This document shows, piece after piece, positions 56,693 to 64,000 of a stretch of DNA of 64,000 nucleotides (position 1 is its first letter; each line of letters begins with the position of its first letter). Below the pieces are notes generated by a model, which saw only the letters and a program-made list of their open reading frames with translations, was not told the DNA's origin and did not search any database. The DNA is from Chloroflexia bacterium (GTDB lineage: Bacteria > Chloroflexota > Chloroflexia > QHBQ01 > JADMIH01): NCBI GenBank assembly GCA_035274425.1, contig DATEOC010000031.1:1995-65994 (forward strand). Direction: 5' to 3'. The translations under genes were made by a program, and so were the position numbers.

Positions 56693-57315
56693 TACAGGGC
56701 TGTGCGGAGCACGCGCCAGATAGTGTACACGATTATGATGAGGAGGAAAAGGCCGAGCGCGACGGTCGAGATGCCCATGAGGGGGTTGGTGCTGGGGAGG
56801 CCGCCCACGCCTATGGAGATTTGGGGGACTGTGACCGCCGCCGCGCCGGAGGGGTTGGAGCCACTCCGCTTTACGAAGTCGCTCCAGTAGTCGAACGCGC
56901 CTGAGAGGGCCAGCACGGCAGCAATGCCGCCGAACGCGCCCCCGATGAGGCGGCCCAGGAGTCCGACGTCGTCACGCCCGGCCAGCTTGCGTGCTACCCA
57001 CCACGCCACCACCACCAATACAAAGAAGAGTATAGCTGTAGCGAGCGGCTCCCAGGGCGAGGCGATTTCGACCTGCGGGGTCTGGATGCTGTTTTCGTCC
57101 TTGTCGGCGGCGATAGCGAAGAACTGCCCCAGGACGCTGAAGAACTTGTTTATAAAGAGGTCGAGCTTCGGCCCCAGGCGGCCTGCCACCAACCCTGAGA
57201 AGAAGACCCCAACAGTCCACACCGCCATCACCCTCCAGCCCATGTAGAGGCCCATGACCACGCACGCGAGCATGGCTGGAAGGACCCATTGCCACCATTC
57301 GAGCTGGATAACCAT
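56692..57315 (-). CDS. Polytopic membrane protein, possibly CvpA-family; occupies the usual murG slot
   Basis: 4-5 TM helices; loosely CvpA-like; no glycosyltransferase motifs. Confidence 0.45.
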   Translation of the reverse strand: MVIQLEWWQWVLPAMLACVVMGLYMGWRVMAVWTVGVFFSGLVAGRLGPKLDLFINKFFSVLGQFFAIAADKDENSIQTPQVEIASPWEPLATAILFFVLVVVAWWVARKLAGRDDVGLLGRLIGGAFGGIAAVLALSGAFDYWSDFVKRSGSNPSGAAAVTVPQISIGVGGLPSTNPLMGISTVALGLFLLIIIVYTIWRVLRTAL

Positions 57316-57326
57316 GTGTTACCTCT

Positions 57327-57446
57327 GGACGACAGACGACGGACGACGGACGACGGATGATAGGCAAGGACTGAGGACTGAGGACTCAGGACTGAGGGGT
57401 AAACCACCTGTCGTCCGTCGTCCGTCGTCCGTCGTCTGTCGTCTGG
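57327..57446. repeat. Hairpin (GACGACR)n - (GGACTGA)4 - rc(GACGGAC)n
   Basis: ggacgacagacgacggacgacggacgacgg ... ggactgaggactgaggactcaggactgagg ... cctgtcgtccgtcgtccgtcgtccgtcgtctgtcgtctgg. Confidence 0.7.
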
Positions 57447-57448
57447 CG

Positions 57449-58621
57449 TTACGCATTACGTAGCACTCTCATGCGCTGCCTTGCTGGGCTTGGCCTCGGG
57501 GCTTCGGCTACTGCTGAGTTGGCGTACTTCGATATGTTGAGCAGGAGACCTACTCCCGCCAGGGTGATAATGAGGGAGGAGCCGCCGTAGCTCACGAATG
57601 GGAGGGGCACGCCAGTGAAGGGGATAGCGCCGCTGACCGCGCCGATATTCAGCATCGCCTGGAAGATCAGCCATGTGGTTATGCCGGTGGCGACGAGGGA
57701 GCTGAAACCGTCGGGAGCTTTCTGGGCGACTCGATAGCCGCGCCATGCCAGGAGAAGGAAGAGGCTAATCATCAGCGCCGCGCCTATAAAGCCCATCTCC
57801 TGGCCGTATACCGAGAAGATGGCATCTGTAGATTGCTCAGGCAACCAGCCGAACTTCTGGCGCGATGCCCCCAGGCCCATGCCTGTGACGCCCCCTGAGC
57901 CGAGCGCCAGGAGCGACTGCACCGAGTGGTAGCTCACGCCGAGGGGGTCGTGCCAGGGGTCCATGAAGGAGAGGACGCGCCCCCAACGATAGGGCGCGAC
58001 TACGGCAGCAAGTAAGAAGCCACCAATCGCCAGCAAAAGGCCTACGGCCATGTGCTTGAGAGCCGCTCCTGACACAAAGTACATCGCCACCCCGATTGAG
58101 AATATTACCAGCGTGGTGCCCATGTCCGGCTCCATGAAGACCAGTCCACCGAGCATGCCGAGCATGATACCGAATGGGATGAGGCCATTGTGGAAGTCGC
58201 GCACTTTCTCACCCTTGGTGGAACACCAGTCCGCCAGGTAGAGCACGAACGCCAGCTTCGCGAACTCAGAGGGTTGCAGGCCGATGGGAAGGTTGCCGAG
58301 CGACAGCCACCGCTTCGCACCCTTGATCTCCTCCGAGATGAAGGAGGGACCAACCAGCACGAGCACGAGGAGGATGAGGGCTATCACGACGGCGGGGACC
58401 GAGTAGCGCCGCCAGCGGGTGTAAGGCACGGTCATCGTGAGCACGAGCGCGCCCGCCCCGAACAGGAGCATCATCATATGGCGGTTTATCAGGTAGGTAG
58501 GGTTGTCAGGGTCAATCCCGCTTGAGGAGAAGACCATGAGCATACCGATCAGACACAGCACCCCCACGAGGGCCAGTATCCAATAGTCGGGTCGTTCAAA
58601 TCTGCGGGAGCGTCCGGGCAT
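57449..58621 (-). CDS. ftsW: SEDS-family peptidoglycan glycosyltransferase FtsW (dcw context)
   Basis: FtsW/RodA/SpoVE topology and motifs (PSEFAK; GGSSLIITLAGVGLL). Confidence 0.9.
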   Translation of the reverse strand: MPGRSRRFERPDYWILALVGVLCLIGMLMVFSSSGIDPDNPTYLINRHMMMLLFGAGALVLTMTVPYTRWRRYSVPAVVIALILLVLVLVGPSFISEEIKGAKRWLSLGNLPIGLQPSEFAKLAFVLYLADWCSTKGEKVRDFHNGLIPFGIMLGMLGGLVFMEPDMGTTLVIFSIGVAMYFVSGAALKHMAVGLLLAIGGFLLAAVVAPYRWGRVLSFMDPWHDPLGVSYHSVQSLLALGSGGVTGMGLGASRQKFGWLPEQSTDAIFSVYGQEMGFIGAALMISLFLLLAWRGYRVAQKAPDGFSSLVATGITTWLIFQAMLNIGAVSGAIPFTGVPLPFVSYGGSSLIITLAGVGLLLNISKYANSAVAEAPRPSPARQRMRVLRNA

Positions 58622-58743
58622 AAGAGGTCAGGGGTTACATTTCATTCTTTTTCCACTGCGGGTCCAGAAGAATGAAATGTAAAATTAGGATGGCAATTAT
58701 GGGGCATAGCGGCCCTGGAAGATTAGTCTACCTTATGGGGAGG

Positions 58744-60174
58744 TCAGGAAGGGGGGTTTTCCACAGGGGCAAGCGAGGCCACGATAGCCCGGAAAAGCTC
58801 GCCACGATGGAATTCATTGTTGAACATGCCGAAGGAGGCAGTGCCGGGGGAGAGGAGGACCGAGCCGCCATCAGGCGCTGCCCGCCAGGCGGCACGTATA
58901 GCAGCCTCGAAGTCGTCGTAGCGGCCTATCACGTTCGCGCCTGCTTCGCGTAATTGGCGAGCCATCAATTCCGTAGCGCTACCTTCCAGGAGGGCTACAG
59001 CGTAGGTTCGCTCGGCGGCTACGCTCGACAGGGCTGCGAAGTCGAGGCCCTTGTCAGCCCCGCCTGCTATCAGGACGATTGGCCCCTCGACTGCGTTGAG
59101 CGCGGCGATGGTGGAAGTGGGCGTGGTAGAGGTGGTGTCATTGTAGAAACGCACGCCGTCCAGGGTGGTGAGGTATTCCAGGCGGTCAGCCACGCCCTGA
59201 AAGGACTTTAAGCCCGCTTGTACAGCACTAAGTGGTGCACCGGCCAATATCGCTATCGTGGCGGCGCATGCGGCGTTCGCGAGGTTGTGGGGGCCGGGCA
59301 CCTGCACGTCGCTCGTGGGAGCGATAAGGGTCTGCTCTCCTGATGCATCTATCCATAGAAAGTCATCTTCGGTTACGAAGACGCCAGGCTGGCGTCCAGG
59401 GGAGAAGCCAATGCCGAACCAGGCGACACCCACTGGGGCCTCTGACGCCCATGCGGACACAGTAGGGTCGTAGGCGTTCAGCACGGCCCAGTCGCCAGGG
59501 CGCTGGTGGAGGAAGACCAGCTTCTTGGCCGCGCCGTACTCTTCCATGCTCCCCTTGTACCTGTCCATGTGGTCGGGGGAGAGGTTGGTGACGGCACCGA
59601 TACGGGGGGCAAGGCGAGGCTCCTCAAGCCCCTCAAGCTGGTAGCTGGAAAGCTCCAACACTACGGGCGTACCGGGCGCGATACGGGGCAGCGCTTCAAG
59701 GGCGGATACGCGCAGGTTGCCTGCCAGCAATGCATCGGGCCGCCAATGGCGCACCATCTCCCACGTCCAGGTCGCGGTGGTGGACTTACCCTTCGTACCT
59801 GTCACGGCCAATACTGGGCCGTCATAAAGGCGCAGGAAGATGCTGAACTCCATCTCGACCGGCTTGCCCAATTCGCGGGCGAGGCGCACCCAGGGCGATG
59901 AGAAGGGCACCGCCTGGTTCTTCACGATCAGGTCGGCCCACCGGAAATCCTCCTCGCGGTGCTCACCCAGGGTGTAGGTGATGGGGTGCGGGAAGTGCTC
60001 GCTCTCCAGCGCATCGAGGGAGTCCTGCATTTTGTCAGCAGTGCGCAGGTCAGTGACGCGCACGTAAGCGCCCTGGCGTGCCATGAAACGGGCGACGCCA
60101 AGCCCGCCCCCGTGTACGCCGAGGCCCATGACGAGGACATGCTTGCCTGAGTAAAGTGATAGAGGGTCAGACAT
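58744..60174 (-). CDS. murD: UDP-N-acetylmuramoylalanine--D-glutamate ligase
   Basis: GKHVLVMGLGVHGGGLGVARF; GTKGKSTT. Confidence 0.9.
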   Translation of the reverse strand: MSDPLSLYSGKHVLVMGLGVHGGGLGVARFMARQGAYVRVTDLRTADKMQDSLDALESEHFPHPITYTLGEHREEDFRWADLIVKNQAVPFSSPWVRLARELGKPVEMEFSIFLRLYDGPVLAVTGTKGKSTTATWTWEMVRHWRPDALLAGNLRVSALEALPRIAPGTPVVLELSSYQLEGLEEPRLAPRIGAVTNLSPDHMDRYKGSMEEYGAAKKLVFLHQRPGDWAVLNAYDPTVSAWASEAPVGVAWFGIGFSPGRQPGVFVTEDDFLWIDASGEQTLIAPTSDVQVPGPHNLANAACAATIAILAGAPLSAVQAGLKSFQGVADRLEYLTTLDGVRFYNDTTSTTPTSTIAALNAVEGPIVLIAGGADKGLDFAALSSVAAERTYAVALLEGSATELMARQLREAGANVIGRYDDFEAAIRAAWRAAPDGGSVLLSPGTASFGMFNNEFHRGELFRAIVASLAPVENPPS

Positions 60175-60180
60175 ACTAGG

Positions 60181-61323
60181 TTAGACGAGAGCAAGTGCTA
60201 CGCCCAGCATGCCCGCTACTATGCTAACCAGCCAGAATCGCATAGTTATCTGCGTCTCGGACCAGCCGAGCATCTCGAAATGGTGATGTAGGGGGGCCAT
60301 CCTGAAGAGGCGCTTGCCGCCCGTCAGCTTGAAGTAGAGCACCTGTAGAATGTCCGAGACTATCACGGCCACGAACACGATGCCTATGAGGGGCAGCAGC
60401 AGCCACTGGTTAGTCATCAGCGCACATACCGCCAGCAATGCGCCAAGGGTCAGCGCCCCCGTATCGCCCATGAAGACCATCGCGGGGTGAGCGTTGAACC
60501 AGAGGAAGGCCAGCAGCGACCCCACTACCGCGAAGCACAATGCGACGACGTGCGGCTGCTTCTGCAAATACGCGATTATGCCATAAGAGACGAAGGCGAT
60601 TGCCGAGGTGCCGCCCGCCAGCGTGTCCAAGCCATCGGTCAGGTTGACCGCGTTCGCCATACCCACGATAGCTATTATCGCGATGGGGATATACCATATC
60701 CCGAACTCTATAGGTGTTTGCAGGAAGGGGAAGTAGAGCTTATCTAGCCTCAAGGGTACGTACAGTATGTAGGCGGTCAAGCTGCCGATGGCGAGGAGCC
60801 AGGCCATCTTGAAGCGCGCAGTCAGCCCACCTCTGTTGCGCACTACCGTGCTCAGGAGGTCGTCGAAGCCGCCCAGGATGCCGCACGACACCACTATCCC
60901 CAGGGGGAGGAGCAGGGATGGAAAGCGCGGAATGTCCATAAATATGCCGATAGCTATCACCAGGGGGATGAGGAATATCAGCCCGCCCATCGTCGGCGTG
61001 CCGGTCTTCACCTGGTGGCGCTCCGGCCCTTCGATGCGTATGTGCTTACCTATGCGATGGTCGCGCAACCAGGTGATAATAGGCTTGCCGATAATGAGAC
61101 CTATCACGAAAGCCACCGCGCCGAGCGTCAACCCACGTATCATATCTATTGGGGCCAGTGACGCCAGCGTGCCGGGGATGGGCGTTGGAGTGGCCGCCGG
61201 AATAGGAGTGGCAATTGGCGTGGCCTGCGCTAGCACGGATAGGGCTGAGTTTTGGATACCAAGTATGGGGTCCGCACCTGCGGACAGACATAGCAAAGTA
61301 TCGATTAGGGAGTTATGTAACAT
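60181..61323 (-). CDS. mraY: Phospho-N-acetylmuramoyl-pentapeptide transferase
   Basis: 10-TM protein; NAVNLTDGLDTLAGG. Confidence 0.9.
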   Translation of the reverse strand: MLHNSLIDTLLCLSAGADPILGIQNSALSVLAQATPIATPIPAATPTPIPGTLASLAPIDMIRGLTLGAVAFVIGLIIGKPIITWLRDHRIGKHIRIEGPERHQVKTGTPTMGGLIFLIPLVIAIGIFMDIPRFPSLLLPLGIVVSCGILGGFDDLLSTVVRNRGGLTARFKMAWLLAIGSLTAYILYVPLRLDKLYFPFLQTPIEFGIWYIPIAIIAIVGMANAVNLTDGLDTLAGGTSAIAFVSYGIIAYLQKQPHVVALCFAVVGSLLAFLWFNAHPAMVFMGDTGALTLGALLAVCALMTNQWLLLPLIGIVFVAVIVSDILQVLYFKLTGGKRLFRMAPLHHHFEMLGWSETQITMRFWLVSIVAGMLGVALALV

Positions 61324-61411
61324 AATTTAGTCAAGGGTTTTGGATTTATTCACAGCAGAGACGTAGAGGTCGCAGAGATTTCTATCATCATATAGGACTT
61401 CGAGCCATCGA

Positions 61412-62815
61412 TTATGCCCTCAAGCCATCTACTATTTGCTCCATCTGAAGGCCCCTGGAGCCTTTGACCAGCACGTAATCGCCCGTTTTCAGTACGCGCA
61501 TGAGGTATTCAATAACTTGCTCATTATCCGCCGCGAAGAAGACGCGCTCAGGAGCCATGCCAATGCGTAGCGCCTCCTCACCGATAAGCCGCCCCAGCGT
61601 GCCGACAACCACCAGGCGGTGGGCCACCACGCTCGCACGGCGCGCCACCTTCAGGTGACCCTCTTGCTCGTAGCTGCCAAGCTCCAGCATGTCGCCCAGT
61701 ACCGCGATGCGATTCCCCTTCATGTCATCCAGGAGGTTAAGCGCGGCGATGGTCGAGTCGGGCGACGCATTGTAGCTGTCGTCTATGAGAGTGGAACCGT
61801 TGTAGCCTGGGACGACGATGAGGCGTACCTGAGCATCGAGGCGTTGCAGGGCGTGCACGATTTCGTCCCAATCCATACCCGCGGCGTGAGACGCACCGGC
61901 GGCGGCCAGTGCGGTATGTACGCTGTGGCGACCCAGGAGTGGGAGGCGCACCCGCCAGCTTCCGCCCCCGGTGCGCTCGTGCAGAGTGAAATGCACACCC
62001 GCGAGGCCTTGCCCCTCGATATTAGTGGCGTGGAGGTCGCAGCCCTCCTCTAAGCCGTAAGTGATGACGCGGGCAGAGGTGGTATCGCGCATGGCGAGAA
62101 CGAGGGGATCATCACCATTCAGGACGGCTGTACCATCGGAGGGTAGGGCACGGATGATCTCACTCTTGTTGAGGGCGATGTTTTCAATCGTGCCCATACG
62201 CTCAAGGTGGACAGGCTTGACGTTGGTGACGACCGAAATCTCCGGCTTCGCCAGCTCGCACAGCAGGGTTAGTTCTCCAAGCGCGTAGCCTCCCCCCATC
62301 TCAAGGACCGCTTTCTGATGGCTATCGGTGAGCTGCAAGAGGGTAAGGGGCAATCCAATCTCGTTGTTGAGGTTGCCTGCGTTCTTGAGGGTCTTGAAGC
62401 GGCTCGACAATACGGCAGCCGTAACTTCCTTGGTAGAGGTCTTGCCCACGCTGCCGGTGATGCCGATAACCTGCACGTGGCGGTGCTTATCACGCCACCA
62501 TGCCGCCAGCTTTTGAAGGGCTGCTAGAGGGTTGTCGACCCGAACGAGGACCACATCCGAGGAGAGAGCTTCGGGAGGCTGCCAGGTTGGGCTGACGAGC
62601 GCGCCGCGAGCACCGTGCCCCACAGCATCGAGCACGAAGCTATGCCCATCCACATGCTCCCCTGGGAGCGCCACAAATAGCCCGCCTGCCAGCGACGCAC
62701 GCGAGTCTGTCGCCACGCAGGTGAAGAAGGTCGTTAGTCCATCGAGCGCGTGGGAGGCTTCGCCTCTATCTACGTACCCTTCGGTGGCTACCAGTATGTC
62801 TTTCAGAGTGAGCAT
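61412..62815 (-). CDS. murF: UDP-MurNAc-tripeptide--D-Ala-D-Ala ligase
   Basis: GITGSVGKTSTKE; C-terminal VLGDMLELG...VLVKGSRGLQMEQIV typical of MurF (no DNPR motif of MurE). Confidence 0.85.
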   Translation of the reverse strand: MLTLKDILVATEGYVDRGEASHALDGLTTFFTCVATDSRASLAGGLFVALPGEHVDGHSFVLDAVGHGARGALVSPTWQPPEALSSDVVLVRVDNPLAALQKLAAWWRDKHRHVQVIGITGSVGKTSTKEVTAAVLSSRFKTLKNAGNLNNEIGLPLTLLQLTDSHQKAVLEMGGGYALGELTLLCELAKPEISVVTNVKPVHLERMGTIENIALNKSEIIRALPSDGTAVLNGDDPLVLAMRDTTSARVITYGLEEGCDLHATNIEGQGLAGVHFTLHERTGGGSWRVRLPLLGRHSVHTALAAAGASHAAGMDWDEIVHALQRLDAQVRLIVVPGYNGSTLIDDSYNASPDSTIAALNLLDDMKGNRIAVLGDMLELGSYEQEGHLKVARRASVVAHRLVVVGTLGRLIGEEALRIGMAPERVFFAADNEQVIEYLMRVLKTGDYVLVKGSRGLQMEQIVDGLRA

Positions 62816-62827
62816 GGGGGTTTAAGT

Positions 62828-62986
62828 CCAAAGTTCGAGGTTCGAAGTTCGAGGTTCAAGGTTCAAGGTTAGAACAAGGAAAAGGATAACCTATATTTTC
62901 CAAAGAGGCAATAAGCCTTGTTACCTCTGGGACTTTGAACTTTGAACTTTGAACTTTGAACTTCGAACTTTGAACTTTAGACTTCG
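62828..62986. repeat. GTTCGAGG/GTTCAAGG module hairpin between ftsI and murF
   Basis: ccaaagttcgaggttcgaagttcgaggttcaaggttcaaggtt ... gggactttgaactttgaactttgaactttgaacttcgaactttgaactttagacttcg. Confidence 0.7.
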
Positions 62987-62993
62987 CTCGTGG

Positions 62994-64000
62994 TCACGGC
63001 GTGGGCGTGGGTAGCGGCTCGGAGGGCTGGGCATTCATATAGAGTAGAAGCTCCTTGGCGAGGCGACCCCACGAGACGGAGGCGGTGTTCTCACCCCATT
63101 GGCTTGTCCTGGGGTTGAAGAAGCCGATATAGAGGGTGAACTGGGCATCGTGTGAGGGGGCAAAGCCCATTGCGGATGCGAGCGAGCCATCAGCCAGGTA
63201 GCCCCCCTTTCCGTCAGGTAACTGTGCCGTGCCCGTCTTGACCGAAACGTGGTAGCCAGGCACTTGAGAGAAACGCGCCACCAGCTTGTTCTCCACACCG
63301 TAGGCCAGCATATCGGCTATGTCGCGGGCGGTCTCAGGCTTGAGCACACGGCGTATTTCTGTCGTCTCGAACTGCTCTATTACTTTATCCCCTTGCCTGA
63401 TCTCCTTCATAACGTGCGGCTTGAGGAGACGCCCTCCATTTGCCACCGCCGATACCGCGTTGATAAGCTGTATGGGAGTGGTCGCTACACCCTGCCCGAA
63501 GGAGTTCGTGTATAGGTTGATAGGGCTGTAACCCTCATCTTCGGGGTAAGTGATAAGGCTTGCTACTTCCCCAGAGAGGTCTATTCCTGTGCGCTTCCCT
63601 ATACCGAACGACTTTATGTACTCAAAGAACTTCCGCTCACCCAGCTTCTCTGCGGCGAACATAGAGGCTACGTTGTCCGAGCGTCCCAGGCCCAGCGTCA
63701 TGCTCTGATTGCCCCATTCAGTATGAGTTGCATTCCAAAGTGTCCAACCATAACGCTGAAAGTACGCCATTCCGTAGAAGGTTGTATTCGACATGACCGC
63801 GCCCGCATCTATGGCTGACGCGTAAGTGAGTACCTTCATGGTGGAGCCAGGCTCGACCATGTCGTTTACATTGGTGTTCTTGAAGAGGGAGTAGTCCGTC
63901 ACCTTGCTGAAGTCATTTGGGTTGAAGGTGGGGAAGTTGGACATCGCCAGGATGCCGCCTGTGTTGGGGTCCTGCACGATAATGTAGCCGCTATCCGCCT
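62994..64000 (-). CDS. ftsI: Penicillin-binding protein transpeptidase (FtsI-like), 5'-partial (continues past window end)
   Basis: Transpeptidase motifs STMK (GSTMKV), SSN-equivalent, KTGT (KTGTAQ). Confidence 0.85.
   Translation of the reverse strand, partial: ADSGYIIVQDPNTGGILAMSNFPTFNPNDFSKVTDYSLFKNTNVNDMVEPGSTMKVLTYASAIDAGAVMSNTTFYGMAYFQRYGWTLWNATHTEWGNQSMTLGLGRSDNVASMFAAEKLGERKFFEYIKSFGIGKRTGIDLSGEVASLITYPEDEGYSPINLYTNSFGQGVATTPIQLINAVSAVANGGRLLKPHVMKEIRQGDKVIEQFETTEIRRVLKPETARDIADMLAYGVENKLVARFSQVPGYHVSVKTGTAQLPDGKGGYLADGSLASAMGFAPSHDAQFTLYIGFFNPRTSQWGENTASVSWGRLAKELLLYMNAQPSEPLPTPTP

Noticed and set aside
61412-62815. Considered murE rather than murF
   Set aside because: C-terminal region (VLGDMLELG...VLVKGSRG..E) and the lack of a DNPR motif fit MurF.
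62828-62986. GGTTCGAGG / GGTTCGAAG strings resembling the tRNA T-arm (GGTTCGA)
   Set aside because: They are part of tandem heptamer repeats with an inverted partner. There is no acceptor/anticodon stem context and no cloverleaf.

Overview
High-GC (~60-65%) bacterial chromosomal window. Gene content suggests Terrabacteria and is compatible with Chloroflexota, but I did not verify this. Three blocks: (1) 1-17.3 kb: a 5'-truncated S8 subtilisin gene, a membrane GGDEF/HD-GYP c-di-GMP enzyme, accD-accA, then a run of secreted or surface proteins (a 1141-aa alpha/beta hydrolase with three C-terminal SLH repeats, an HExxH lipoprotein, and an erythromycin-esterase homolog with LGFP-like repeats); two of these lie in a visibly lower-GC stretch. 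(2) 17.3-45 kb: a cobalamin riboswitch (promoter, aptamer, terminator) controls an operon with two tail-anchored surface proteins followed by an ECF transporter (EcfT, fused EcfA-EcfA', S component). The first surface protein is an alpha/alpha-toroid prenyltransferase-like repeat protein and the second is DUF4430-like; I infer they are a split bacterial counterpart of the transcobalamin / intrinsic-factor alpha and beta domains. Also in this block: a thiol-redox trio (Grx-DUF2085, CcdA, SurA-N/TlpA fusion), aminotransferases, LldD, DUF433/DUF5615 toxin-antitoxin copies with a truncated remnant marking an insertion, LGFP-like glycosidase, MFS, ABC-F, a low-GC islet with an NDT-like/TIR-like protein plus wHTH, AzlCD, ClbS/DfsB, and a CGNR zinc finger. 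(3) 46.6-64 kb, minus strand: a dcw division / cell-wall cluster, ftsI-murF-mraY-murD-ftsW-(membrane protein)-murC-murB ... ddl-ftsQ-ftsA-ftsZ. It lacks murE and murG at their usual positions and is interrupted by a cupin gene and a DUF2382 stress-protein pair. The most striking sequence-level feature is a pervasive family of long hairpin elements in almost every intergenic spacer. They are built from tandem 6-8-nt modules drawn from a small shared vocabulary (GACGACR, GATAGAC, GTTCAAGG/CTTTGAAC, CCAAAAT, CGCCAAGA, CCGACCCC, GGATAAA, GTGATGCGTGA, TTCACCGCAGAGRCGCAGAG, and others). Several run in frame into coding termini or linkers (accD C-terminus, ftsQ and murC N-termini, ecfS, the ecfA-ecfA' linker, ftsA). 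No tRNA, rRNA, CRISPR array or transposase was recognised.
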